Virus record (IMG/VR): IMGVR_UViG_2778261646_000019
Direction: 5' to 3' (one strand)
Length of the DNA stretch: 20,417 bases
Origin: a virus
Taxonomy: Duplodnaviria; Heunggongvirae; Uroviricota; Caudoviricetes
Every line of letters begins with the position of its first letter. Within the stretch, counting starts at the first letter, position 1. The position numbers were made by a program, and so were the translations under genes. The notes beneath the pieces are model-generated. The model worked only from the letters and a program-made list of their open reading frames with translations, did not search any database and was not told the origin of the DNA. Below are positions 1-8,956 of this stretch, in pieces.

Positions 1-72
1 GCTCTGACTTTCCAGAACCATACGGACTGCCCGTTGACGGACTTCGGGGGAAAAACGAGTATTTTTAGTCAT
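1..72 (-). CDS. IS3-family transposase OrfA, N-terminal 24 codons (partial, cut by window edge)
   Basis: Minus-strand translation from the ATG at 72..70 gives MTKNTRFSPEVRQRAVRMVLESQS, matching the characteristic N-terminus of IS629/IS1203-type OrfA (MTKNTRFSPEVRQRAVRMVLESQ...). Not in the ORF track because it is truncated. Confidence 0.7.
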   Translation of the reverse strand, partial: MTKNTRFSPEVRQRAVRMVLESQS

Positions 73-126
73 CCTGTTTACCTCTTTCTCAGGAAGTTTA
101 GTCTCCAGGATTCCCGGGGCGGTTCA
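1..126 (-). mobile_element. IS3-family insertion sequence, terminal part (IS629/IS1203-like); continues beyond the left window edge
   Basis: Reverse complement of 73..126 reads TGAACCGCCCCGGGAATCCTGGAGACTAAACTTCCTGAGAAAGAGGTAAACAGG, an IS3-family terminal inverted repeat (TGAACCGCCCCGGG...) followed by an RBS and the ATG at 72..70. Element end placed at 126. Family assignment is from memory of IS629-like ends, not a search. Confidence 0.75.
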
Positions 127-175
127 TATTACTGATCCATTTTTTGCTTTTTATCTAAAATGGCGATAAAGGTTC

Positions 176-194
176 TGGCTGCCAAACTGGCAGC
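176..194. other. Perfect 7-bp stem / 5-nt loop hairpin (GGCTGCCaaactGGCAGCC) just beyond the portal gene 3' end; possible terminator or packaging-region structure
   Basis: Inverted repeat read directly; no clean U-tract on either strand, so terminator function is uncertain. Confidence 0.3.
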
Positions 195-201
195 CTTAAA
201 G

Positions 202-1236
202 CTAATTTGAATGAAGTTTATATTCTTCGAACTGTATCACTTTTTCTTTTAACCAAACATTTAACTCTTCAAATCTTTTTTGCAATGGTATTAGTTCATT
301 GCGTACAAATACATTACTTGCCTTCTCCACATCCCCAAACCCCCCAACATTATTTGGCATTATCCCCATCATCTGTGGCGGCACGCGGTGTGCTGCCATC
401 ATGTCATCGCGACTAACATTTTTGATATTCAGAAATTCATCCTTCGCTGCGACTTCTGACAACGGGATAATCTGAAGTCCGTCTTTTTTACCATTAGGCG
501 AGTACATAAACAGATTGCGGAAGTTACCCGGACCTTTGGCGCTTTTCATTGCGTTGCGGAGGTTGTTCACATCCTCCTGGTTCTGCGCGGCATCGGTCAT
601 GTACATGATGAAGCCGGCATGACTGCCGTTAATGTAATACTTGCGGCGGAACAGCGTGGCGGACTCGTTGAGCAAAGCGGATGGGATGGCAGAAAGATAG
701 CCGGGCAGGCCGTAGATCTCCTGGTTGATGTCCGGTTCCATCAGCTGAAAAATGCTGCCTTTCGTGAACTGATACGGCTGGGTTGTCATACCGTATTGCA
801 CAAACCAGTAGGTATCCAGGTCTAACCCGCGTCGGGTGTATTTTGCCAGCGCAGGCTCAAGGGCGATAACTTCACCGAATCGGTTCGTGCGTTTCTCCAG
901 GTAGGCGTTACCAAATACCAGATAGTCCTGTACAAAACGCGAAAAAGCCTGTTGGCTGAGCAGCGGATGAGGGATATAGGTACTGGTCAGAATGTTGCAC
1001 TTTACTGCAATCGGGGAACTGTGATGCACGGCAGCCCGGAAGGTGCGCGCCAGTCCGTCAAAACTTACGGGTGGCTCGTACCAACACTCCATCTGTACGC
1101 ATTCCACATAGTCCAGCAGTTCGCGGCGGTCCAGAACAGGAACGGGATCACCGAAGCTGAATGCTTCGGCTGAAGTCTGGCTTTTATGCTGGATCTGTTT
1201 CGTCGACGCAGCGCGGTTCTTCTTACTCTTTCCCAT
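202..1236 (-). CDS. Q: Portal protein (P2 gpQ-like)
   Basis: ORF 202..1239; the first track codon is TTG, and the ATG at 1236..1234 gives 344 aa, the same length as P2 Q. Position and orientation (leftward, next to P) match P2. Stop codon overlaps the P stop region. Confidence 0.9.
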   Translation of the reverse strand: MGKSKKNRAASTKQIQHKSQTSAEAFSFGDPVPVLDRRELLDYVECVQMECWYEPPVSFDGLARTFRAAVHHSSPIAVKCNILTSTYIPHPLLSQQAFSRFVQDYLVFGNAYLEKRTNRFGEVIALEPALAKYTRRGLDLDTYWFVQYGMTTQPYQFTKGSIFQLMEPDINQEIYGLPGYLSAIPSALLNESATLFRRKYYINGSHAGFIMYMTDAAQNQEDVNNLRNAMKSAKGPGNFRNLFMYSPNGKKDGLQIIPLSEVAAKDEFLNIKNVSRDDMMAAHRVPPQMMGIMPNNVGGFGDVEKASNVFVRNELIPLQKRFEELNVWLKEKVIQFEEYKLHSN

Positions 1237-3002
1237 CAAAAAATCTCCACAATATTGCTGGTATTGGCGGACTCGCCCTGCAGCGGTTCGTTAAACAGTG
1301 CGTGCATTGTTGCCCAGGCCAGATCGGCATGGCTGGCTTCTTCGCTGCGGCTGGCTTCATAGGTCGGGCGGTTGCCACTGGCAGTGGTAGCGCGACGGAT
1401 TGCCATAAATGACTGCGCAATGTCGGTGTGCCCGGCGTCAAACTCCAGACGGCGGTGGCTGATAATGTCGTAGGCCTTGAGTACCAGGGCGTTTTTAACA
1501 TTGGGGTTGTAGACAAACTCCCGGACGGCAGGAAAGAACGCTTTCACGTTCTCATAAACCCCGTGACCAACGCCGGTTGAGTCGATACCGATATAGGTCA
1601 CGTTGTACTGTTCGGTCAGTTTTTTGATGGCGTCAGCCTGGGCGCGGAAGTCCATCCCGCGCCACTGGTGACGCTCAAGAATGCGGAACTTACCACCAGG
1701 CACGGCTGGCGGTGCCACCACCACGCATCCGGCGCTGTCGCCGTTTTGCGTACCTTTTGCCGGGTCATAACCGATCCACACTTCGCGCCAGCCAAACGGG
1801 CGCAGAGCCAGTGCATGAAAGTCGGTCCAGACTTCCCAGCTGTCCACCATGCACGCCTGCAGCTCGCTGAGCGGAAATACGGACGCGAGATCGTCCACAA
1901 ACTCGCACATCAGCAGGTTCTGGTATTCGTCTGGGCTGTACTCCATGCGCAACTGGTCAAGGTCGAACAGGTTACAGCCGCCGCGCACCGCATCTTCCAC
2001 GGTGACTATCTGGCGGTATTGCCCGTCTGCGCACAGCAGGCCGGGGGCCAGATTGCTGTGGGACAGGTCGATGTCCACCTTGTCGGCCTTGTTGCGCCCA
2101 CGGTTGAACAGCGCACCGGACCAGAACGGATAAGCACTGTGTGTCAGGCTGGATGGCGTGGAAAAATAGGTTTGTCGCCATTTTTTGTGAATAGCCATAC
2201 CGGAAGCCACTTTGCGCAGCTCCTGGAATTTCGGTATCCAGAAATATTCATCCAGATACAGGTTGCCGTGATAACTCTGGGCCGTGCGGGCATTGGTGCC
2301 GAGGAAGTAAAGCGTGGCCCCGTTAGGAAGCACCATCGGATCGCCTTTCAACTCCACCCCCACTTCTTTGGCGAAGTCGATGATGTACTGCTTAAAGACG
2401 TGGGCCTGTGCCTTGCTGGCGGAAAGGAAAATCTGGTTACGTCCGGTAAGCAGGGCGTCAATCAGGGCTTCACGGGCAAAGTAAAAGGTCGCGCCGATCT
2501 GGCGTGACTTCAGCAGGTTGCGGATGCGGTTGGTTTTTCCGGCTTCCCACCAGTGGCGCTGGTAGTTGAACATGGAGGAATGGAAGATTTCTTCCAGCTT
2601 CTCAATCTGCTCATCGGTGAAAACATTCTTTTCCGGCTGACGGCGTGGGCCTTTATTGCGGTTGGCGACGTTAGGGTTTAAGTCGGCTTCGTTGCCGCCA
2701 TTGTTAAACTTGCCGATCCGCGCGTGGCGCTCCGACTGGCGCGCCAGCAGGTCAATCTCTTTGAAATCTTTCCCTTCTTTGTGCTCCTTCATGATGAGCT
2801 GGCAGTAGCGTGCGGCGGTGGTGAGCTGCATCTGATCCAGCGGCCCATAGTCACCCCACTTGTCGCGTTTTTTCCAGCTGTGAACGGTTGCAACTTTCTC
2901 GCCCAGCATTTCAGCAATGCGGGCTACGCGGTATCCCTGAAAGTACAGCAGCATGGCCTGCCGACGGGGATCGAGATCTGCGGGTGTCAGTGTGGTGTTC
3001 AT
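1236..3002 (-). CDS. P: Terminase large subunit (ATPase/nuclease, P2 gpP-like)
   Basis: 588-aa ORF with ATG start at 3002..3000, leftward and adjacent to Q, divergent from O as in P2. Size matches P2 P (about 590 aa). Confidence 0.9.
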   Translation of the reverse strand: MNTTLTPADLDPRRQAMLLYFQGYRVARIAEMLGEKVATVHSWKKRDKWGDYGPLDQMQLTTAARYCQLIMKEHKEGKDFKEIDLLARQSERHARIGKFNNGGNEADLNPNVANRNKGPRRQPEKNVFTDEQIEKLEEIFHSSMFNYQRHWWEAGKTNRIRNLLKSRQIGATFYFAREALIDALLTGRNQIFLSASKAQAHVFKQYIIDFAKEVGVELKGDPMVLPNGATLYFLGTNARTAQSYHGNLYLDEYFWIPKFQELRKVASGMAIHKKWRQTYFSTPSSLTHSAYPFWSGALFNRGRNKADKVDIDLSHSNLAPGLLCADGQYRQIVTVEDAVRGGCNLFDLDQLRMEYSPDEYQNLLMCEFVDDLASVFPLSELQACMVDSWEVWTDFHALALRPFGWREVWIGYDPAKGTQNGDSAGCVVVAPPAVPGGKFRILERHQWRGMDFRAQADAIKKLTEQYNVTYIGIDSTGVGHGVYENVKAFFPAVREFVYNPNVKNALVLKAYDIISHRRLEFDAGHTDIAQSFMAIRRATTASGNRPTYEASRSEEASHADLAWATMHALFNEPLQGESANTSNIVEIF

Positions 3003-3048
3003 GGCACAAACCTACAACCTTGAATGAAGGCTTTCCCCGCCTGCGGTT

Positions 3049-3066
3049 TGTGTGGTTGTCGGTACA
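3049..3066. promoter_or_regulatory. Ogr/Delta-type late promoter activator site (TGT-N12-ACA dyad) in the P/O divergent intergenic region
   Basis: TGTgtggttgtcggtACA read directly; lies 87 bp upstream of the O start, consistent with the P2 late promoter element centred near -55. Confidence 0.6.
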
Positions 3067-3144
3067 AATACCGCGCATTGTTTCACTGCCCCCATCACCG
3101 CAACCATAAGGCTCCAGTAAGTTTTTTCTAACGGAGCACGGCTC

Positions 3145-3978
3145 ATGACAGTGAAAGCAAAGCGTTTTCGCATCGGGGTGGAAGGTGCCACCACCGACGG
3201 ACGCGAAATCCAGCGTGAATGGCTGGAACAGATGGCAGCCAGCTACAACCCGGCGGTGTATACCGCGCTGATTAACCTTGAGCACATCAAGTCTTATCTG
3301 CCGGACAGCACCTTTAACCGCTACGGCAAGGTGACGGCGCTGTTTGCTGAAGAAATCAAGGAAGGTCCGCTGGCAGGCAAGATGGCGCTGTATGCCGACG
3401 TTGAGCCAACGGAGTCCCTGGTGGAACTGGTGAAAAAAGGCCAGAAATTATTCACATCTATGGAAGTTAGCCCGAAGTTCGCTGATACGGGCAAAGCCTA
3501 CCTGGTCGGCCTGGCTGCCACTGATGACCCTGCCAGTCTGGGCACTGAAATGCTGACATTCAGCGCCAGTGCAGCCCATAACCCGCTGGCAAACCGCAAG
3601 CAGAATCCCGCCAATCTTTTTACCGCTGCAGAGGAAACGGTGATCGAACTGGAAGAAATCCAGGATGACAAACCGTCCCTGTTTGCCCGTGTCACGGCGC
3701 TGTTCACCAAAAAAGAGCAGTCCGATGACGCCCGGTTCTCTGATGTGCATCAGGCCGTGGAACTGGTCGCCACTGAGCAGCAGAACCTGAGTGCGCGCAC
3801 CGAAAAATCCCTGTCTGAGCAGGAAGAACGCCTGTCTGAGCTGGAGACTGCCCTGCAGGCACAGCAGACCGCCTTTAACGAACTGGTGGACAAGCTGAGC
3901 CATGAAGACAGCCGCCAGGACTACCGCCAGCGTGCAACAGGCGGTAACGCCCCCGCTGACACTCTGACCAATTGCTGA
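3145..3978 (+). CDS. O: Capsid scaffolding protein (P2 gpO-like)
   Basis: 277-aa ORF, acidic and coiled-coil-rich C-terminal half; first gene of the rightward late operon, as in P2. Confidence 0.85.
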   Translation: MTVKAKRFRIGVEGATTDGREIQREWLEQMAASYNPAVYTALINLEHIKSYLPDSTFNRYGKVTALFAEEIKEGPLAGKMALYADVEPTESLVELVKKGQKLFTSMEVSPKFADTGKAYLVGLAATDDPASLGTEMLTFSASAAHNPLANRKQNPANLFTAAEETVIELEEIQDDKPSLFARVTALFTKKEQSDDARFSDVHQAVELVATEQQNLSARTEKSLSEQEERLSELETALQAQQTAFNELVDKLSHEDSRQDYRQRATGGNAPADTLTNC

Positions 3979-3994
3979 TGGAGCACAAAACCTG

Positions 3995-5053
3995 ATGAAG
4001 AAGAATACCCGCTTTGCTTTTAACGCTTATCTGCAGCAACTGGCGCGTCTGAACGGTGTGGCAGTTGAAGAACTGTCCAGCAAGTTCACCGTAGAGCCGT
4101 CCGTGCAGCAGACATTGGAAGACCAGATCCAGCAGTCCGCCGCTTTCCTGACGCTGATTAACGTCACGCCAGTGACTGAGCAGTCCGGTCAGCTGCTGGG
4201 GTTGGGAGTTGGCAGCACCATTGCCGGAACCACTGATACCACCGCGAAAGAGCGTGAACCTGTCGATCCGACGCTGATGGTCGATGTGGAATATAAATGC
4301 GAGCAGACCAACTTTGACACGGTACTGACCTACGCGAAGCTGGACCTGTGGGCGAAGTTTCAGGATTTCCAGGTGCGTATCCGTGACGCCATCGTGAAAC
4401 GTCAGGCACTGGACCGCATCATGATCGGCTTTAACGGCGTGAAGCGTGCGAAAACCTCCAACCGTAGTGAAAACCCGCTGCTGCAGGATGTGAACAAAGG
4501 CTGGCTGCAGAAAATCCGTGAGGATGCACCGGATCACGTTATGGGCAGCACCACCACGGGCGGTGAAACCACACCGGGCGCGGTGAAAGTCGGTAAAGGT
4601 GGCGAATATGCCAACCTGGACGCTGTGGTGATGGATGCCGTCAATGAGCTTATCGACGTGGTCTACCAGGACGATGACGATCTGGTGGTGATTTGCGGTC
4701 GTGAACTGCTGTCTGACAAGTATTTCCCGCTGGTCAACAAAGAGCAGGAAAACAGTGAAAAACTGGCTGCCGATATGATCATCAGTCAGAAACGCATGGG
4801 TGGCCTGCAGGCCGTGCGTGCGCCGTTCTTCCCGCCGAATGCACTGCTGATCACCCGTCTGGATAACCTGTCCATTTACTGGCAGGAAGACACCCGCCGC
4901 CGTTCAGTTATCGACAACCCGAAACGTGACCGGATTGAAAACTTTGAATCCGTTAACGAAGCCTATGTGGTTGAGGACTACCGCTGCGCTGCACTGGTGG
5001 AAAACATCCAGATTGGCGATTTTAGCGCCGCCGCAGCAGAAACCGGAGCGTAA
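3995..5053 (+). CDS. N: Major capsid protein (P2 gpN-like)
   Basis: 352-aa ORF (P2 N is 357 aa); GGAG RBS 11 nt upstream; synteny O-N-M. Confidence 0.9.
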   Translation: MKKNTRFAFNAYLQQLARLNGVAVEELSSKFTVEPSVQQTLEDQIQQSAAFLTLINVTPVTEQSGQLLGLGVGSTIAGTTDTTAKEREPVDPTLMVDVEYKCEQTNFDTVLTYAKLDLWAKFQDFQVRIRDAIVKRQALDRIMIGFNGVKRAKTSNRSENPLLQDVNKGWLQKIREDAPDHVMGSTTTGGETTPGAVKVGKGGEYANLDAVVMDAVNELIDVVYQDDDDLVVICGRELLSDKYFPLVNKEQENSEKLAADMIISQKRMGGLQAVRAPFFPPNALLITRLDNLSIYWQEDTRRRSVIDNPKRDRIENFESVNEAYVVEDYRCAALVENIQIGDFSAAAAETGA

Positions 5054-5056
5054 TTC

Positions 5057-5707
5057 ATGAGCCTGAGTCCCGCACGGCAGCATCGCCTGCGCGTTCAGGC
5101 TGAACAGGCCGCCCGTGAGGGCGGCAGCGTTCGCCACGCGTCGGGCTATGACCTGATGCTGCTGCAACTGGCGGAAGATCGCCGCCGTCTCAAGGGCGTT
5201 CAGTCCACGGTCAAAAAAGCGGAAATCAAGGTGGAGCTGCTGCCGAAATACGCCGCCTGGGCAGAGGGTGTTCTGGCTGCCGGAGGCGCTCAACAGGATG
5301 ACGTGCTGATGTACGTGATGCTGTGGCGCATTGATGCCGGAGATTATGCCGGGGCGCTGGAGATCGGGCGTCATGCCCTGCGTCATGGCTGGGTGATGCC
5401 GCTGGGTAACCGCAATGTGCAAACCGTGCTGGCAGAGGAAATGGCAGACGCGGCACAGAGCGCAATGCTTGCCACTACCGGCTTTGATGTCGATCTGTTG
5501 CTGCAGACGCTGGAGCTGACAGACGGTCTGGACATGCCGGACCAGTCACGGGCGCGTCTGCATAAAGCGATTGGCGCTGTCCTGAGTGAAAGTAATCCGG
5601 CTTCCGCCCTTAATCATCTCAACCATGCGTTACAGCTCGATCCCCGCTGTGGCGTGAAAAAAGACAAACAGCAGCTGGAGCGCAGACTGCGCAATGACAG
5701 CCGCTGA
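5057..5707 (+). CDS. M: Terminase small (endonuclease) subunit (P2 gpM-like)
   Basis: 216-aa ORF immediately after N, with GGAG RBS; position matches P2 M. Confidence 0.8.
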   Translation: MSLSPARQHRLRVQAEQAAREGGSVRHASGYDLMLLQLAEDRRRLKGVQSTVKKAEIKVELLPKYAAWAEGVLAAGGAQQDDVLMYVMLWRIDAGDYAGALEIGRHALRHGWVMPLGNRNVQTVLAEEMADAAQSAMLATTGFDVDLLLQTLELTDGLDMPDQSRARLHKAIGAVLSESNPASALNHLNHALQLDPRCGVKKDKQQLERRLRNDSR

Positions 5708-5802
5708 CAGAACGTGCCCCCGCGCACGGGCGGCACGGGGTGGCGAAAGGCACTGCCACATCAAAACCCCGTCCACCGCCCTCTATCTCAGGAGAAAGCA
5801 GC

Positions 5803-6267
5803 ATGAAGTTTGTTGCGCCAGAACAGGCACCGGAACAGGCGGAAATCATCAGGAATACGCCGTTCTGGCCTGATGTGGATCTGTCGGAGTTCCGCAGTGT
5901 GATGCGCACTGACGGTACGGTGACGCAGCCGCGTTTAAAGCAGGTTGCGCTGTCGGCAATTTCGGAGGTCAACGCAGAGCTGTATGAGTTTCGCAGATGC
6001 CAGCAGATGCTGGGGTATGCCTCGCTGGCAGAGGTTCCGGCGGAACAGCTGGACGGCAAAAGTGAGCGCATTCAGCACTATTTCAACGCGGTTTACTGCT
6101 GGGCACGCGCCATGCTCAACGAACGTTACCAGGACTATGACGCCACGGCATCCGGTGTGAAGCGGGGCGAGGAACTGGCGGAAGCCAGCGGTGATTTATG
6201 GCGTGACGCCCGCTGGGCCATCAGCCGGGTACAGGACGCGCCGCACTGCACAGTGGAGCTTATCTGA
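5803..6267 (+). CDS. L: Head completion/stabilisation protein (P2 gpL-like)
   Basis: Track ORF 5740..6267; the internal ATG at 5803 is preceded by AGGAGAAAG and is the likely start (MKFVAPEQ...). Stop overlaps the X start (ATGA). Confidence 0.8.
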   Translation: MKFVAPEQAPEQAEIIRNTPFWPDVDLSEFRSVMRTDGTVTQPRLKQVALSAISEVNAELYEFRRCQQMLGYASLAEVPAEQLDGKSERIQHYFNAVYCWARAMLNERYQDYDATASGVKRGEELAEASGDLWRDARWAISRVQDAPHCTVELI

Positions 6268-6470
6268 TGAAAGTGCGTGCGCATCAGTATGACACGGTGG
6301 ACGCGCTTTGCTGGCGTCATTACGGGCGCACGCAGGGTGTCACGGAGCAGGTACTGAAGGCAAATCCGGGGCTTGCCGAATATGGCCCCTTTTTACCTCA
6401 CGGGCTGCAGGTGGAGCTGCCGGACATTCCGACAACCACCACCGTGCAGACCGTCCAGCTATGGGACTGA
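6267..6470 (+). CDS. X: Tail protein X (LysM-like, P2 gpX-like)
   Basis: 67 aa, the same length as P2 X; position between L and the lysis genes. Confidence 0.85.
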   Translation: MKVRAHQYDTVDALCWRHYGRTQGVTEQVLKANPGLAEYGPFLPHGLQVELPDIPTTTTVQTVQLWD

Positions 6471-6473
6471 ATT

Positions 6474-6689
6474 ATGACGCTTGAGCGAATCAGCGCCTTT
6501 ATCACGTACTGCATCGCCGTTGTGCTGGTCTGGCTGGGCGATTTGTCCATCAAGGATGCCTCAACGCTGGGCGGCCTGATGATTGGTGTGCTGATGCTGG
6601 CTATCAACTGGTACTACAAACACAAAGCCTACCAGCTTCTGCGCGACGGGCAGATCTCGCGGGAGGACTATGAATCCATCAATCGTTAA
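6474..6689 (+). CDS. Holin, small two-TM class (pinholin-like)
   Basis: 71 aa with two hydrophobic helices (ISAFITYCIAVVLVWL, LGGLMIGVLMLAINWYY) and a charged C-terminus; sits directly upstream of and overlapping the endolysin. Confidence 0.7.
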   Translation: MTLERISAFITYCIAVVLVWLGDLSIKDASTLGGLMIGVLMLAINWYYKHKAYQLLRDGQISREDYESINR

Positions 6690-7182
6690 ACGCTGCCTTG
6701 TCGGGACCGTGCTGGCTATTGCTGCCACGCTGCCGGGTTTTCAGCAGCTTCACACCTCCGTGGAGGGACTGAAACTGATTGCCGATTACGAAGGCTGTCG
6801 TCTGCAGCCCTATCAGTGCAGCGCGGGTGTATGGACTGACGGCATTGGTAATACGTCGGGCGTCATTCCCGGCAAAACCATTACGGAACGACAGGCAGCA
6901 GAAGGGCTTATCTCCAACGTGCTGCGTGTGGAGCGGGCGCTGGAAAGATGTGTGAAGCAACAGCCGCCACAAAAGGTGTATGACTCGGTGGTGTCGTTTG
7001 CCTTCAACGTGGGGACAGGCAATGCCTGCAGCTCCACGCTGGTGAAATTGCTCAATCAGCGGCGCTGGGCGGATGCGTGCCGACAGTTGCCGCGCTGGGT
7101 TTATGTAAAAGGTGTGTTTAATCAGGGGCTGGATAACCGCCGTGCGCGGGAGATGGCCTGGTGTTTACAGGGAGCAAACTGA
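6670..7182 (+). CDS. Endolysin, lysozyme family with N-terminal signal-anchor-release (SAR) domain
   Basis: 170 aa; weakly hydrophobic Gly/Ala-rich N-terminus (CLVGTVLAIAATLPGF) followed by an E...D...T catalytic arrangement (DYEG...TDGIGNT), resembling P21 R21-type SAR lysozymes. Confidence 0.8.
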   Translation: MNPSIVKRCLVGTVLAIAATLPGFQQLHTSVEGLKLIADYEGCRLQPYQCSAGVWTDGIGNTSGVIPGKTITERQAAEGLISNVLRVERALERCVKQQPPQKVYDSVVSFAFNVGTGNACSSTLVKLLNQRRWADACRQLPRWVYVKGVFNQGLDNRRAREMAWCLQGAN

Positions 7183-7183
7183 A

Positions 7184-7561
7184 ATGAAAAAGAAATTAAT
7201 CAGCGGACTGTTTCTGATGTTATGGATGGCGCTGTTAATCGCAGCAATGGTGTATCCGCAGGGGATCTTTCCGGTACTGGCAGCGTCCGGCGTTTGGGTA
7301 GCCTGTTTGCTGACATGGGCGGTAATTCCGGTAGCACTGGCTGCGTTAATTCAGAATGGCCCGCTCTGGCAGGAGTTAAGGGCATCTTTGCTGAAGACAA
7401 TTACCCGAAAAGAAAACGTATTTATCAGTTGGGTGATGCGATTGCTGATTGTTGTAAGTCTCGCATGGACGGGGTGGGCTATTACCCTGGTCTTTTATCT
7501 ACTGACCGTTATTGCCTTCTGGATCACCCGTAATCAGATGGCGCAACAGGTAGCAGCATGA
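7184..7561 (+). CDS. LysA-like multi-TM membrane protein (lysis timing/accessory)
   Basis: ATG at 7184 within track ORF 7112..7561; 125 aa with about four hydrophobic helices; position between endolysin and lysB matches P2 lysA. Confidence 0.6.
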   Translation: MKKKLISGLFLMLWMALLIAAMVYPQGIFPVLAASGVWVACLLTWAVIPVALAALIQNGPLWQELRASLLKTITRKENVFISWVMRLLIVVSLAWTGWAITLVFYLLTVIAFWITRNQMAQQVAA

Positions 7562-7986
7562 ACCGGTTGCTGCTGGTTGTGCTGGCGTTATTACTAGCGG
7601 CGCTGGGCTGGCAGACGTGGCGGCTGGCTGATGCCAGCCAGACCATCAGCACGCAGGCAAACGAGCTGCAGAGCAAAAGCCAGGCACTGGCAAAGAGCAA
7701 CAGCCAGCTTATCAGCCTGTCCATTCTGACTGAAACCAATAACCGGGAGCAGGCGCGGCTCTATGCCGAAGCAGAACAGACCAGCGCACAGCTGAGACAA
7801 CGACAACGCCGGATCGAGGAACTGAAACGTGAGAACGAGGATTTACGCCACTGGGCTGATACTCCTTTGCCTGCTGACATTATCCGGCTGCGGGAACGTC
7901 CGGCACTCACCGGAGGTGCAGCTTACCGTCAGTGGTTGTCCGCGAGTGACGCCGTGTCGGCTGGAGCAGGCAGCACCGCGCACTAA
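7558..7986 (+). CDS. lysB: i-spanin (Rz-like, P2 LysB-like)
   Basis: 142 aa; N-terminal TM (LLLVVLALLLAALGW), coiled-coil middle, Pro-rich C-terminus; ATGA overlap with the upstream gene. Confidence 0.8.
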   Translation: MNRLLLVVLALLLAALGWQTWRLADASQTISTQANELQSKSQALAKSNSQLISLSILTETNNREQARLYAEAEQTSAQLRQRQRRIEELKRENEDLRHWADTPLPADIIRLRERPALTGGAAYRQWLSASDAVSAGAGSTAH

Positions 7987-8119
7987 CGGTGATCTGAATG
8001 CGTTGCTGGATGAAACGGAGGCCGCCTGGGCGGTCTGTGCAGACAAAGTGGACATGATTATTGCGTGTCAGGAGCGAAACAGTGAACAAACCACAATCCC
8101 TGCGCCACGCCCTCAATAA
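7829..8119 (+). CDS. lysC: o-spanin lipoprotein (Rz1-like, P2 LysC-like), embedded out of frame in lysB and overlapping R
   Basis: Starts at a GTG; signal peptide with lipobox LSGC (MRTRIYATGLILLCLLTLSGC...), Pro-rich C-terminus; typical embedded spanin architecture. Confidence 0.65.
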   Translation: MRTRIYATGLILLCLLTLSGCGNVRHSPEVQLTVSGCPRVTPCRLEQAAPRTNGDLNALLDETEAAWAVCADKVDMIIACQERNSEQTTIPAPRPQ

Positions 8120-8513
8120 AGCGGTGCCTTATGTCCGCAATAACCCGGACAAACTGCATCTGTTTGTGGATAACGGTTCGCTGGTTGCCACGGGGGCCAG
8201 CTCCATGTCATGGGAGTACCGCTACACCCTGAACGTGGTGATTGAGGATTTCAGCGGCGACCAGAATCTGCTGATGGCCCCGGTTTTGCTGTGGCTGCGT
8301 GATAACCAGCCCGATGCCATCAATAACCCGGCGTTACGGGAAAAGCTATTCACCTTTGAGGTGGATATTCTGCGCAACGATGTCTGTGATATCAGCCTCA
8401 ACCTGCAACTGACGGAGCGTGTGCTGGTCAGCACTGACGGCAGTGTGTCGAGCGTTGAAGCTATAGCGGAACCTGATGAACCTGAAGAAATGTGGACGGT
8501 GAAACGTGGCTGA
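8082..8513 (+). CDS. R: Tail completion protein (P2 gpR-like)
   Basis: Track ORF 8061..8513 begins at a TTG; the GTG at 8082 has an AGGAG RBS 7 nt upstream and is the likely start. The sequence (KPQSLRHAL...FVDNGS...YTLNVV...LTERVLVS) matches my recollection of P2 R. Confidence 0.8.
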   Translation: MNKPQSLRHALNKAVPYVRNNPDKLHLFVDNGSLVATGASSMSWEYRYTLNVVIEDFSGDQNLLMAPVLLWLRDNQPDAINNPALREKLFTFEVDILRNDVCDISLNLQLTERVLVSTDGSVSSVEAIAEPDEPEEMWTVKRG

Positions 8514-8952
8514 ACTGCAGAAAGTGGACGACTGGCTGAGTGCCTTGCTGGCGAATCTGGAGCCAGCCGCAAGAAGCCGCATGATGCGCCAGCTGGCGCA
8601 GGAACTACGCCGGACACAGCAGCAAAATATCAGAATGCAGCGCAATCCAGATGGCAGCAGTTATGAACCGCGACGGGTAACAGCACGCAGTAAAAAAGGC
8701 CGTATCAAACGTCAGATGTTTGCAAAGCTGCGCACCACAAAATACCTGAAAACTTCCGCCAGCGCCGACTCTGCCAGCGTGCAGTTTGAAGGCAAGGTGC
8801 AGCGCATTGCCCGCGTTCACCATTACGGCCTGCGAGATCGCGTCAGTCGTAAGGGACCGGAGGTGCGTTACGCAGAGCGTCGCCTTCTGGGTGTAAATGA
8901 TGATGTTGAGGCAATGACCCGCGACATGATTCTGCAATGGCTGGCGGGGTGA
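8506..8952 (+). CDS. S: Tail completion protein (P2 gpS-like)
   Basis: 148 aa (P2 S is 150 aa); GTG start overlapping the R stop; synteny. Confidence 0.8.
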   Translation: MAELQKVDDWLSALLANLEPAARSRMMRQLAQELRRTQQQNIRMQRNPDGSSYEPRRVTARSKKGRIKRQMFAKLRTTKYLKTSASADSASVQFEGKVQRIARVHHYGLRDRVSRKGPEVRYAERRLLGVNDDVEAMTRDMILQWLAG

Positions 8953-8956
8953 TCTT

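Noticed and set aside
1236-1239. Track start of the portal ORF at 1239, and other track starts at non-ATG codons (8061 TTG for R, 9903 GTG for J, 12556 for the invertase)
   Set aside because: The ORF track appears to accept TTG/GTG starts; downstream starts with a proper RBS or with lengths matching P2 homologues were preferred (1236, 8082, 9942, 12562).
1668-2507. Plus-strand 279-aa ORF inside the terminase region, with a minus-strand ORF at 3875..4537 inside the capsid region
   Set aside because: Antisense to the large terminase and to the major capsid gene respectively; no independent support.
5711-5740. GC-rich imperfect hairpin (cgtgcccccgcgcacgggcggcacg) between M and L, considered as an intrinsic terminator
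   Set aside because: The stem has mismatches and no downstream U-tract; L is expected to be co-transcribed with M in P2-like phages.
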